Source of the DNA: Candidatus Fervidifonticultor quintus
GTDB lineage: Bacteria; Sysuimicrobiota; Sysuimicrobiia; Sysuimicrobiales; Humicultoraceae
Assembly: GCA_031459535.1 (NCBI GenBank)
Contig: JAVKIJ010000024.1
Coordinates: 1-36,898 of the forward strand
Direction: 5' to 3'
Length of the DNA: 36,898 bases
Below the pieces are notes generated by a model. That model made no database searches. It had not been told where the DNA came from and was given only the letters and a program-made list of their open reading frames with translations. The first letter of the stretch is position 1. Every line of letters starts with the position of its first letter. Shown piece by piece: positions 16,604-26,088 of the stretch. A program made the translations under genes and the position numbers.

Positions 16604-17845
16604 TCACGGCCGCAGGAACCGCTCCTGCTGGAACCACTGAACGATACGCGCAGCCGCCAGCTCGTGGCCTCGCGCCGTCAGGTGCTCATCCTTGTCCAGG
16701 TACACTTGCTCTCCGGTCCGTCTCACGTGTTCACGGAACATGTGGGTCAGGTCGAGATATGAAATTCCTCTGCGCCTCAGGAGTGCCTCCAGTACCCGAT
16801 TGGGTTTGTTAAGATCCCAGGCAACAGTCTCGGCCTCCGGCCAGCACGCCAGCGTCTCTCGCCATGCTTCGGGCAGCACCTGACGCCGCGACGGGAAGTA
16901 CACGACTGCAAACGCCGCACCCCGTCGGGCGACTTCAGCCTGCAACCGCCCGATGATGGCGCTGGTCACCTTCCAGGCTTCCACATACTCGGGGGTAGGC
17001 TCGCTGGCGAATACAAACAGATCGACGGGCACGCCCTTTGCCGGGTAGCAAAACGGATCCTGTCGTCGCTGCCGGAGCCGCACTGCTCGCACCAGCCTGT
17101 AGGTCCTCGACGCGCGTCGCAAAAACTTCTTGACCGGCGACTGGGTTCGGCTGTCCGCCCACACCCCTTCGCCCTCATACGGGAAGTTGTGCAAGACGAG
17201 CTGGTCCCCGTCCAGGCGAAAGTATGGCTTCTCTAACTTCAGAAGCCCGTCGAAGTCCGTGCCGTTGTCATCGATATCGTTAAGATAGAACTGCAGCAAC
17301 ACCAGGTCGGGACGGTACTTGTATCCCTCGTGGGCGTAGTAGAGCAACTGCTGGTCGGTGCTCCAGCCCGGGACTCCGGCGGCGATGATCTCCGTCCGTC
17401 CGGTACCATTGGCGTCGCTCAGCGCTGCCTCCAGTCGCTCATGCCATACGTCGCTGAGAGGCACTTCGAATCCTGCGGTGACCGAATCGCCCAGAATCAG
17501 CACCCGAGCTACGCCCGGCGTCCTCTCCAAGGCATAGTCGCGCTCCCGGAACCCCACTGCGTTGATCTGTACCCGAGTTCCGAAATTGACAAACGCCGTG
17601 CGATGCGCGAACTCTGCGCCGGGCAACAGCGACCACCCCGTGATGCGATCCGGGACCTTCATGTAAGGTGGCCTTCTCCGGAGCTGCTCTACCGGCGCGA
17701 CCCCGGTCGCCAAGAGCCCGACCTCCACCACAAGCAGAGCCAGCACGAGGCCAAATGCCACGAGCAGCAACACACCCCCCACTCGACGGACCACCGGCAT
17801 CCCTCCCAGCCTGGTCCGCCAACCCGGCTGCGGCTCACCGCGCAA
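16604..17845 (-). CDS. Membrane-anchored SGNH/GDSL-family protein (AlgJ/AlgX-like, SxtL-like)
   Basis: N-terminal TM segment; blocks LGDSV, GVPGWST, YLND and DEHLTARGH. Start uncertain (17845 or 17800). Confidence 0.88.
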   Translation of the reverse strand: MRGEPQPGWRTRLGGMPVVRRVGGVLLLVAFGLVLALLVVEVGLLATGVAPVEQLRRRPPYMKVPDRITGWSLLPGAEFAHRTAFVNFGTRVQINAVGFRERDYALERTPGVARVLILGDSVTAGFEVPLSDVWHERLEAALSDANGTGRTEIIAAGVPGWSTDQQLLYYAHEGYKYRPDLVLLQFYLNDIDDNGTDFDGLLKLEKPYFRLDGDQLVLHNFPYEGEGVWADSRTQSPVKKFLRRASRTYRLVRAVRLRQRRQDPFCYPAKGVPVDLFVFASEPTPEYVEAWKVTSAIIGRLQAEVARRGAAFAVVYFPSRRQVLPEAWRETLACWPEAETVAWDLNKPNRVLEALLRRRGISYLDLTHMFREHVRRTGEQVYLDKDEHLTARGHELAAARIVQWFQQERFLRP

Positions 17846-17853
17846 CCGGTCCG

Positions 17854-19497
17854 TCAGCAGGGGAACTCCCCGCGTCTGAACGCCTCCACGATGCCGGCGG
17901 CGGTACGCATCGCGAGCGCCATGATCGTCAGCGCGGGGTTGACCCCGCCGCCGGTTACGAACACACTGCCGTCAGCGATGAACAGATTGGGCACATCGTG
18001 CGTCCGGCACCACGGGTCTACCACGGAGGTCCTGGCGTCCACGCCCATCCGGCACGTCCCCAGATAGTGCGTGGATCCGCCCGGCGTGTACTCGGCGTCC
18101 CAGATCTCCGTCGCCCCGGTGGCCCTGAGGATTTCCTCCAGCACGCGAGACATGGCGGCCAGCATGGCTCGGTCGTTCTCGCGCGGTTCGTTGACGATGT
18201 GCGGAACGGGCAGACCGAGGTGATCCCGCACGGTAGGGTCCAGGGCCACATAGTTTCGGGCGTCAGGCAACTGCTCGCCGACCGTGGCCAGACCGATCAG
18301 GTGCCCGAAGAGTTCCTGGACCCGTGCCTTGTGGGCGGCTCCCCAGCCCGGCACGGACCGAGCCACCGCCACGGGCCACTGGCGGTTGTTGTCCAGCACG
18401 ACGGTCCACCCGCGCGCAAACCCGTTCCGGCCATCGGTCTCGTAGAAGTCCTGCATCATCCCGTTGATCACGGGTCCGTGCCAGGCATCAACACGCTGGC
18501 CGATGACCCCCCATCGGAAGACCGATAGGTGCTCGGTGAAGTACTTGCCGACCAACCCGCTGGAGTTGGCGAGTCCTTGGGGGAATCGGCTCGACCGGCT
18601 CAGCAGGAGTAGGCGCGGGGTCTCCACCGCGTTTGCCGCAAGTACGATGGCCCTGCCAGCGACCTGTCGCTCCTGCCCCTGCCCATCGACGTACACTACA
18701 CTGCGTGCCCGTCCCATCCGGTCCACAGTCACCTGTACAGCTTGGCATTGCGGCCGGATCTCGACGCGCCCGGTGGCCTCGGCCTTCCGTACGAAAGTCA
18801 CATCGACGCTCGACTTGGCCATGATCTTACAACCGATCAAGCACGCGCCGGCGTTGGTGCAGGCTGGCCGGCCCTCCCAGGTTCTCGTGGGAATCGCCAG
18901 AGGAACCGGCACCATGTGCAGGCCCAAACGTCGAGCAGCTTGCTTGACAAGTCGTCCGGCCTCGTTGAACTCGTGGGGTGGGGTTGGGTAGGGTAGGCTT
19001 CTCGGGGGGTCGAAGGGATTGGCCATCGCTCCCCTGGGCCCGGCGACCCCCAGCTCGTATTCCACGGCCGTGTAGTACGGCTCCAGGTCGTCGTAGGTGA
19101 TGGGCCAGTCATCGGCCACGCCATCACGGGTGCGCGTGGCGAAGTCGCTCTCGTGCAGCCTCAGGGCCACGGCACCGTACGCCAGGGTTGATCCGCCCAC
19201 GCCCCTCACTCGCACGTATTCGAACCCCATTGCGCCTCCGTTGGTATAACGGTCGCGACGCGGGTCTGGCGACTCGAATGCCCCGGGACTCGTCTCGAAG
19301 TCGACCCGATCCCCAGCGTAGTCAGCCGCCGCGTCGAAACGTCTCCCCGCCTCCACCACCAGTACCGACAGCCCCGCTTCCCCCAGTTCCTTGGCTACGA
19401 CACCTCCGCCGGCGCCGCACCCGACTACGACCACGTCGACCTGCTCAACGTGCCTGCGCATCACGTGAGGGAACGTGCGAAGGAAAGTCTGCCACAT
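17854..19497 (-). CDS. GMC-family FAD oxidoreductase
   Basis: VVVGCGAGGG, GVGGST, DWPITY, CxxxxxCxxGC, ETPRLLLLS, HYLGTCRMG, NPALTIMALA. Alternative start 19461. Confidence 0.94.
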   Translation of the reverse strand: MWQTFLRTFPHVMRRHVEQVDVVVVGCGAGGGVVAKELGEAGLSVLVVEAGRRFDAAADYAGDRVDFETSPGAFESPDPRRDRYTNGGAMGFEYVRVRGVGGSTLAYGAVALRLHESDFATRTRDGVADDWPITYDDLEPYYTAVEYELGVAGPRGAMANPFDPPRSLPYPTPPHEFNEAGRLVKQAARRLGLHMVPVPLAIPTRTWEGRPACTNAGACLIGCKIMAKSSVDVTFVRKAEATGRVEIRPQCQAVQVTVDRMGRARSVVYVDGQGQERQVAGRAIVLAANAVETPRLLLLSRSSRFPQGLANSSGLVGKYFTEHLSVFRWGVIGQRVDAWHGPVINGMMQDFYETDGRNGFARGWTVVLDNNRQWPVAVARSVPGWGAAHKARVQELFGHLIGLATVGEQLPDARNYVALDPTVRDHLGLPVPHIVNEPRENDRAMLAAMSRVLEEILRATGATEIWDAEYTPGGSTHYLGTCRMGVDARTSVVDPWCRTHDVPNLFIADGSVFVTGGGVNPALTIMALAMRTAAGIVEAFRRGEFPC

Positions 19498-19524
19498 TGC
19501 GAGGGTACCTGCTCCATCCGGCGT

Positions 19525-20187
19525 CTAACTGTCAGCCCCTGTGGGGCTCAAGCCGGCACGAGGGTCGCGCGGGCTCTCTCCGCTCATCCCGCCAAAGGGC
19601 GGTCCGTCATAACCAAGCCATTCCCACGCCACGCGACTGGAGTAGAACGCGTCCAAGACGTCGCGGACGAGCCACGGAACCAAGCGAACGGCTGCTTCTT
19701 CGCCGCGAAGGCCACGCCTGAACCGATCAATCCCGCGCATCAGCCGCCCAGCCACAGACCGGCCACGCGCTCGCCGGGCCTGGCGGACCTGCTGGACGTA
19801 CTGGAGCAGTTCTTCGAGTTGCTCAGAGGACAGTCCGGCCGCACCCGTCCCATACCGGTACCGGGCCAGTCGGTCCAGCGCCGGCAAGCCCCGCTCATAC
19901 ACATGCTGGCGCACGGCCGAGCGACTCACCCGTCGATCTATCTGTTCCAGTACGGCGGCTTCAAGCGCACCGGGCCCGCCCGCGCTGGTCGGAACGATTA
20001 CGGCCGCGAACGCCAGCAACACCGCGGCCTGAGCCGCTCCAAACCACCGTAGACCGCTGGCCGGGACTGTAAACACCAGCCCCTTGGCCCACCCCTCATC
20101 GCGGCGCCCGCCGCTGCGCCACCGTCCAATCCCCAGCACGGCCGCCATCACCGCACGAGCACCCCTCAGCGCCATGTCGTCTCTCAT
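19525..20187 (-). CDS. Gluconate 2-dehydrogenase subunit-3-like partner of the GMC enzyme
   Basis: IVP...PGA and C-terminal AFYSS..AWEWLGYDGP, directly upstream of the GMC gene. ATGA overlap. Confidence 0.7.
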   Translation of the reverse strand: MRDDMALRGARAVMAAVLGIGRWRSGGRRDEGWAKGLVFTVPASGLRWFGAAQAAVLLAFAAVIVPTSAGGPGALEAAVLEQIDRRVSRSAVRQHVYERGLPALDRLARYRYGTGAAGLSSEQLEELLQYVQQVRQARRARGRSVAGRLMRGIDRFRRGLRGEEAAVRLVPWLVRDVLDAFYSSRVAWEWLGYDGPPFGGMSGESPRDPRAGLSPTGADS

Positions 20188-21485
20188 CGCAGGACTTGAC
20201 GCTCCACGGGCGCGAACGTCGCGTCCTGCTCAGCGCGCAGGCGGTCGGCCAAGCGTCCATCTGGCAGTTCCACGTCCGCAAGGGCGATGGGCTCGTCGCG
20301 TCTTACGGCGCGCACGAGCCGGCACCCTGCCGCCAGTCCCACCGGCAGGAGGCGATCCCGACGGCACGCTTCGGCGTTCTCGATGACGCCGTAGTACGCG
20401 AAGCCCCCGATGCCGTCCAGGGTCGTCCCGGCGGCCAAGTCACGCTTGGCGAGCGCAACCACCTCGCAGACCGGACCCTTCAGGGGCGCGATGGTCGCGT
20501 CGCCGAACAGCACTGCCCGGGCTACGGTGAACGGGACTTCCAGGTGCGGCAGATGATACGGTGTATAGAACACATACACCGGACCGTCGCCCATCTTGAA
20601 GTACCGCATGTACTCCTGCTTGATCGGATCGTCGTTGTAGCCGAGCACGAAAACTCCAGGCCCGGGCTCCGCCCCCAGGACATAATCGACCAACCCGCCC
20701 GCCAGCAGCTCGTCGAGGCGAAAGAGCCGCGGCGCCTCCGTCACATGGGCGCACCGCGGACCGTACATGCCCCGCCGGCCTACCCGGAATCCGGTGGCAT
20801 TGGCCACGACCGCCATCTCCAGCGCCAGCTTCGTACCGTCCGCGAACGCCGTGACCATCTGCGCCCGCTGGCGGTGCGCCTCGGCAAATGCCCGCTGTGT
20901 CTCAGGAGTCCGGTGGGGATCGATCATGCCCTTGATGTTACCGGCCAGTACGGGCCGGTAGCCCATGGCCTTCACGTACCGGTAGAGGTTCATGATCACG
21001 CCGGGCTGGTCACCATCGGCGTTGGTAATTACCACACCTGTGCGGTCGGCATAAACCTTCAGGATGGGACCGAGGGTGGCATCCAGTTCAGCATTCATCA
21101 AGATGACATGCTTGCGCCGTTGAAGGGCACCCACCACCACGCGTGTGGCGAATTCGACCTCCCCTGTCGCCTCAATCAGGGCGTCGATCCCCTTCGCCTC
21201 GGCCAGGAGGTGGGGATCGCGGGTGACGGCATACTGGCCGCTGGCGATGGCCCGTTCCAACGCTCCAGGGTCGTCCACATGCTTAATGCGTTCTACGCCG
21301 GCTTGCCGGTACGCCCGCTCGGCTTCCGAGACCGTGCGGTTCGCAATAGCCACCAGGCGCAGCCCCGGCACAGCGCTCACGATCTGCAGGGCAATGCCCC
21401 GGCCCATGTATCCCGCGCCGACCAGCGCCACACGAATGGGCTGCCCTTCTCGGTATCTCTGCTCCAGTGCCGTATCAACCAGCAT
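20184..21485 (-). CDS. NAD(P)-dependent oxidoreductase with C-terminal SAF domain (homoserine dehydrogenase-like)
   Basis: VGAGYMG, MNAELD, GDQPG, FADGTK, PYHL and AKRDL..LDGIGG motifs. ATG 21485 overlaps the upstream 3' end. Confidence 0.88.
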   Translation of the reverse strand: MLVDTALEQRYREGQPIRVALVGAGYMGRGIALQIVSAVPGLRLVAIANRTVSEAERAYRQAGVERIKHVDDPGALERAIASGQYAVTRDPHLLAEAKGIDALIEATGEVEFATRVVVGALQRRKHVILMNAELDATLGPILKVYADRTGVVITNADGDQPGVIMNLYRYVKAMGYRPVLAGNIKGMIDPHRTPETQRAFAEAHRQRAQMVTAFADGTKLALEMAVVANATGFRVGRRGMYGPRCAHVTEAPRLFRLDELLAGGLVDYVLGAEPGPGVFVLGYNDDPIKQEYMRYFKMGDGPVYVFYTPYHLPHLEVPFTVARAVLFGDATIAPLKGPVCEVVALAKRDLAAGTTLDGIGGFAYYGVIENAEACRRDRLLPVGLAAGCRLVRAVRRDEPIALADVELPDGRLADRLRAEQDATFAPVERQVLR

Positions 21486-22863
21486 GCTCAGCAGCGGCGC
21501 CCGTGAGGCCGCCGGCCGTGCCATCCACGCTCCAGCCAATCCCCTCGTAGCGACGAAACTGGCTCTTCTCGAACATCCGCCGCCCGTCAACCACCACCGG
21601 ACCAGGTGGCGGTAGGTCCGCTACCAGTTGCGGCAGTCGGTTGAACTCCTCCCACGCCGTGAGCACGACAATGGCCTCGCAGTCCTTGATGGCTTCGGCG
21701 AGGCTGCTGCCGCGCTTGGCGCCCTGGTCCCGCCACTCCTTCCCGGCTGGCTCGGCTACGGGATCGTAGACCCTCACCACAGCCCCACACTGCTGCAGGA
21801 GCCGGATCACCGGAAGAGCCGGAGAGTCGCGCACGTCATCGGTACCGGGTTTGAACGCCAGCCCGAGCACGCTCACCTGCACGCCTCGCAACGAAGGGAA
21901 ATGCCGGCTCAACATGCGCAAGATCTGCCGCGGACGATCTTCGTTGATCGCCAGCACGGCCTCGAGTAGCCGCGTGTGAACCCCCGCTGCGCGGCCGTGG
22001 GCCATGAGCGCCTTGAGGTCCTTGGGAAGACAACTGCCCCCGAATCCACAGCCGGCCTCGAGATACGCGGTGACGGCAGGAACGATCCGCCGTCCGTCGA
22101 CCTTCGGGCTGAATCGCCGGTCCAGATGCACGGCCCGCATGACGTCCCGCACGTCGATCCCGCCCAGCGCCGCGCACATGTCGGCCACTTCATTCGAAAA
22201 CGAGATCAAGGTCGCCAGCAAGGCGTTGGACACATACTTGATCATTTCGGCCGTCCGATTAGTCGTTCGGACGACCTGTACCTCACCAAACGACCGGTAC
22301 ACAGCGTCCAGTGTCTCCAGCGTCCTGGCGTCGAGCCCGCCAATCACGATGCGATCGGGCTCCATAAAATCCTGCACCGCATGGCCCTGTCGCAGAAACT
22401 CGGGATTCACGCCCACGCCAAAGCCGGCTCCCGCTCGTCTTCCGGAAGCCTTCTCCAGTGCTGGTAGCACAACCCCGTCGGTTGTTCCCGGCACCACCGT
22501 ACTCTTGACTACCACCACATGATAGGAGCGCGCACCCTTCAAGGCGTCGCCGATCTGCTCCGCAGCCGCTCGGACCTGGGACAGATCGATCCGTTGCCCA
22601 TCGAACGGTGTCCCCACCGCGATGATGGAGACGTCTGCCGCCTCCACGGCGCGCCGAGGATCGTCCGTCGCCAGGAGGCGCTCTCCCACATGCTTGCACA
22701 GCAACCCGTCGAGCCCCGGCTCAAAGAACGGCGCCCGCCCCGCGTTGATCTGCCTCACGCGGTCGGCATCCACGTCGACGCACCACACGGCGTGTCCTTT
22801 GTCGGCCAGACACGCCCCTGTCACCAACCCCACGTAGCCCGCGCCGACGATGGCGATCTTCAC
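21475..22863 (-). CDS. UDP-glucose/GDP-mannose dehydrogenase family (Ugd-like)
   Basis: GAGYVG, VGTP, KSTVVPGT, NPEFLR, GFGGSCLPKD, FKPGTDDVR. Confidence 0.93.
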   Translation of the reverse strand: MKIAIVGAGYVGLVTGACLADKGHAVWCVDVDADRVRQINAGRAPFFEPGLDGLLCKHVGERLLATDDPRRAVEAADVSIIAVGTPFDGQRIDLSQVRAAAEQIGDALKGARSYHVVVVKSTVVPGTTDGVVLPALEKASGRRAGAGFGVGVNPEFLRQGHAVQDFMEPDRIVIGGLDARTLETLDAVYRSFGEVQVVRTTNRTAEMIKYVSNALLATLISFSNEVADMCAALGGIDVRDVMRAVHLDRRFSPKVDGRRIVPAVTAYLEAGCGFGGSCLPKDLKALMAHGRAAGVHTRLLEAVLAINEDRPRQILRMLSRHFPSLRGVQVSVLGLAFKPGTDDVRDSPALPVIRLLQQCGAVVRVYDPVAEPAGKEWRDQGAKRGSSLAEAIKDCEAIVVLTAWEEFNRLPQLVADLPPPGPVVVDGRRMFEKSQFRRYEGIGWSVDGTAGGLTGAAAEHAG

Positions 22864-22923
22864 GGCAGCCGCCCACCTTTCTCAGCGTGCCCACTCATCG
22901 ACGGGGCCCCCCTGGCCTGTCCC

Positions 22924-24042
22924 TCACGGCCTGACGGGCTCCGCCGCCCGCTGTTCGCTGAACCAGACCAGCGTTCGCTTCAAGCCTTCGTCTAGCGGTA
23001 TCGCCGGTTGGTAGTCGAGCTCCCGCCGGGCTTTCTCGATCGAAGGGCATCGCCGGCGGGGGCTGTCCGTAAGATAGCCTGGATCGTCACTGGCCGTGCA
23101 GACGACCTTTCCACGGTATCCGTAGAGGTCCCTGGCCAGCGCCACGATGCGCTCACCCAGTTCGCGTACGCTGATCTCCGGCGCGCTCACACCGATGTTG
23201 TATGGCTGTGCCGTGCGTCCGCGGACCAGCACCTTGTAGTATCCCACAATCGCATCTGCCACGTAGCAGAACGTGCGCGTGGGGGACCCATCGGAGCGCA
23301 GGATGACATTTTCTCTCCTCAGGACGTTGCGGGTCAGATCGGCCACGACCCGGCCGTCAGTCAACTTCATCCCCGGCCCATAGTTATTGAAGGGTCGAAC
23401 GATCTTGACGGGCAGGCCGTACGCGTTTGCAAACGCCACACACACAGTCTCGCCATACCGCTTTGCCTCGTCGTAACATGCCCGGGGACCCGTGCACGAT
23501 ACGTTCCCGCGGTACTCCTCGGGCGTAGGAATGTGTGCCGGATCCGGGTCACCGTAAACCTCACTACTGGAGAAGAACAGGAACCCCCGGACCGGCACCC
23601 CCCTCGCCGTCTGGCCGCGCGCGCGATCCAGCATCCGCCGCAGCCCGTCCACGTTGGCGTCCATGGTCTCGATGGGATATCGGCGATAGTAGACGGGTGA
23701 CGCGATGGACGCTGCGTGCGCCACGTACTCGAAGTCACCTACCTCAGTGGGCAGCGGAATAGTCACATCGTGACGCACAACCCGTAGGGCGGAGTCACCG
23801 ACAAGCTCGCCGAGCCAGGCAGGCGTGCCCAGAATGAAGCTGTCGGCGATCGTCACGCGAATCGGCGGCGCAGACTGATTCAGCCGGTTCCAGTGCAACA
23901 CAGCCTGTACCAGATAGTACCCGAGGAACCCGCCACCACCGCTCACCAGCACACGTGTGCCCGCCATCTCTGCCAGTTCGTCGCTGGCATTCTGGCAGAT
24001 GTACTCCAAGTCCGCGATCACCACGTCGGCGGCGCCCTTCAC
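22924..24042 (-). CDS. NDP-glucuronate decarboxylase (UXS)-like SDR
   Basis: GGGGFLG, ASIASP, SSSEVYGDP, GNVSCTGPRACYDEAKR, TRTFCYV. Confidence 0.88.
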   Translation of the reverse strand: MKGAADVVIADLEYICQNASDELAEMAGTRVLVSGGGGFLGYYLVQAVLHWNRLNQSAPPIRVTIADSFILGTPAWLGELVGDSALRVVRHDVTIPLPTEVGDFEYVAHAASIASPVYYRRYPIETMDANVDGLRRMLDRARGQTARGVPVRGFLFFSSSEVYGDPDPAHIPTPEEYRGNVSCTGPRACYDEAKRYGETVCVAFANAYGLPVKIVRPFNNYGPGMKLTDGRVVADLTRNVLRRENVILRSDGSPTRTFCYVADAIVGYYKVLVRGRTAQPYNIGVSAPEISVRELGERIVALARDLYGYRGKVVCTASDDPGYLTDSPRRRCPSIEKARRELDYQPAIPLDEGLKRTLVWFSEQRAAEPVRP

Positions 24043-25067
24043 GGCGAGGCCTCCACGGGGCGGCGAAACTTTACCAGGAGTGTCCGCAGGGCTTTACGGA
24101 TCCGCAACACGGCGAACAGTGCCCGGCGCAACGGTGAGATCCGCGTGAAGCCCGCGCGGTTTAGGGCGCTGAGCGCCACGCGAACAGCAGCTCCCCTCAC
24201 CCCCCTACGCAACCAGACCGGCACCTCGGACGGCTCTAACCGCAAGGGCAGATCGGGCGCCGTCAGGCAGCGTACCAGCAGACGCGCGTAGGCATCACGG
24301 CGGTCGACGTGCGTCCACCCCCGCGACTCCCAGACCTTGGAGCTCCCAGCCGCGTGCAGCATTACGGGCGTCGCGCCCTCGTGCACGCAACGGAGCCGGT
24401 GCTCATCGAGCACACAAACCCTCCGCAGTTCCTGCCAGATCGGCACGGCCGGCCGCTCGAGCATCAGCACAGCTCCGGCGGAAACCTCGCTCATCAGCAG
24501 CGCGTTCAGCGCGTCCTGGTCGCCGTAGTAGATGGGGTTGTCCTCCGGGCTGCCCGCCGCGACTCTCTTGTCCGTGGCGATCCGGCAGCATAGCTCCCAC
24601 CAGCGCCGCAACAGGTGCGGCCAGTGAGCCGTCGACAGCACCACGAAACCGGCGCCCACGTACGGCTGGCGCCGCAGCCGCCGGGTCAGCCCAAAGATCT
24701 CCTGCCATTCCCCAAACCACCGGTCGCCGCTGGGGTCTATGTAGCTGACAATCATGCCGCCAGCCGCACGTTCCAGTATTGGGGCCAGCGAGTCCGTCAC
24801 GACGATGTCGCTGTCAATAACCGCCACCGTCCCGTCCCCGCCCAAGACATGCGGGTACGCTTTCAGCATCACCGGAGGCGTCGGCCCCGCGGCGCTCGGA
24901 AGATCGACCACAGTGCCCCGCGTGCTCAACAGTCGTCGCTGGCGAGGGCTCAGCCCGCGATCCAGCACCGACAGGTTGTTGCCATGGCCTGTCAGCCACA
25001 ATGAGTTCAACAGAGCCACGGTCCCCAGGAAGTACGAGGCGGTGCTGATCGTGAAGAACCTCACCAC
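24039..25067 (-). CDS. GT8-like glycosyltransferase (GT-A)
   Basis: IDSD (DXD), DQDALN and HAAGSSKVW (resembling HxxGxxKPW). Probable GTG start at 25067 or 25064. Confidence 0.7.
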   Translation of the reverse strand: MVRFFTISTASYFLGTVALLNSLWLTGHGNNLSVLDRGLSPRQRRLLSTRGTVVDLPSAAGPTPPVMLKAYPHVLGGDGTVAVIDSDIVVTDSLAPILERAAGGMIVSYIDPSGDRWFGEWQEIFGLTRRLRRQPYVGAGFVVLSTAHWPHLLRRWWELCCRIATDKRVAAGSPEDNPIYYGDQDALNALLMSEVSAGAVLMLERPAVPIWQELRRVCVLDEHRLRCVHEGATPVMLHAAGSSKVWESRGWTHVDRRDAYARLLVRCLTAPDLPLRLEPSEVPVWLRRGVRGAAVRVALSALNRAGFTRISPLRRALFAVLRIRKALRTLLVKFRRPVEASP

Positions 25068-25113
25068 GTGGGACCACCCGACCCTTGATCGTCGCACGCC
25101 AGCGGCGGTACCC

Positions 25114-26088
25114 TCACTGCTGGGCCTCTGCGATGCGCGTGGCCAGGCGTCCCGTGACTGCCCGCCACAGCAGCCAGGGGTAGGACGCCGGGTTCGAATG
25201 GGCCCGCAATGCCAGCGCCAGATAAGCGATTGCCTCACGCGGGCGCCCCCGCCGCACTGCCTTGAGGCTCTCCCGAATGCCCCGCTCGGAGAACGCCATC
25301 ATAACTTGGCGACGAAGGCACTCGCACTGCGGAATACGCTCACGATGTTCGTCGAACACAAACCTCGTCGCCAGGTAGTGCTGCTCCAGATCACACGGGC
25401 CCCGAAACCTGGTAGTGATCATTCCTGCGTGGATCCGGTACTTCACCAGCGGCTGCCCGATGCACGCCGTGTCGTAGTAGAGCAACATCCGCATCAGCAT
25501 CTCGCCGTCACACGTGAACGGTATCCCCTCCCGGTACCCGCCCAGGCGCTCGTAGCACACCCGCCGTGCCAGCACCGCTCCGATGAAAACGATGCTTCCC
25601 ACGTTCACCATGGCCATGGCGTACCTGCGAAACACATCGATGCCTCGGGCGTGGTAGTCGCGGCGCGAGTCCAGCGCCCAGTGCTCAGCCAGCACACGTC
25701 CACGGTCGTCGATCTGAAGAATATTGGAATGAACGAACCCCAGGCTCGTGTCACCGTCCAGGAGCCGTACCTTCCGTTGGAGATTCTGCGGCAGCATCAC
25801 ATCATCGTGGGCCCAGATGCACACATATTCGCCCCTGGCCAGGGCCAGGCATCGGTTGAAGTTACCGACGAGTCCTACGTTGGTTGGATTGCGGAAGTAC
25901 CTGAGGCGGTCATCCTTGAGGCTGGCAGTAATCTCCGGGGTCTCGTCGGTAGAGCAGTTGTCGGACACCACCAGTTCGAAGTCGCCATATGTCTGGGCCA
26001 GCACGGACTCCAGCGACTCTCGCAGATATCTGGCCCCGTTGTAGACCGGCACACACACGCTGACCCGTGGAGACCCGACGGGCCTCAT
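25114..26088 (-). CDS. Glycosyltransferase family 2
   Basis: VSVCVPVYN, SDNCSTD, NFN, HDD motifs. ATGA overlap at 26085-26088. Confidence 0.92.
   Translation of the reverse strand: MRPVGSPRVSVCVPVYNGARYLRESLESVLAQTYGDFELVVSDNCSTDETPEITASLKDDRLRYFRNPTNVGLVGNFNRCLALARGEYVCIWAHDDVMLPQNLQRKVRLLDGDTSLGFVHSNILQIDDRGRVLAEHWALDSRRDYHARGIDVFRRYAMAMVNVGSIVFIGAVLARRVCYERLGGYREGIPFTCDGEMLMRMLLYYDTACIGQPLVKYRIHAGMITTRFRGPCDLEQHYLATRFVFDEHRERIPQCECLRRQVMMAFSERGIRESLKAVRRGRPREAIAYLALALRAHSNPASYPWLLWRAVTGRLATRIAEAQQ

Noticed and set aside
13031-17845. Saxitoxin biosynthesis cluster
   Set aside because: Only sxtI/J/K/L-like families are present. There is no sxtA-like PKS or amidinotransferase, and the context is polysaccharide synthesis.
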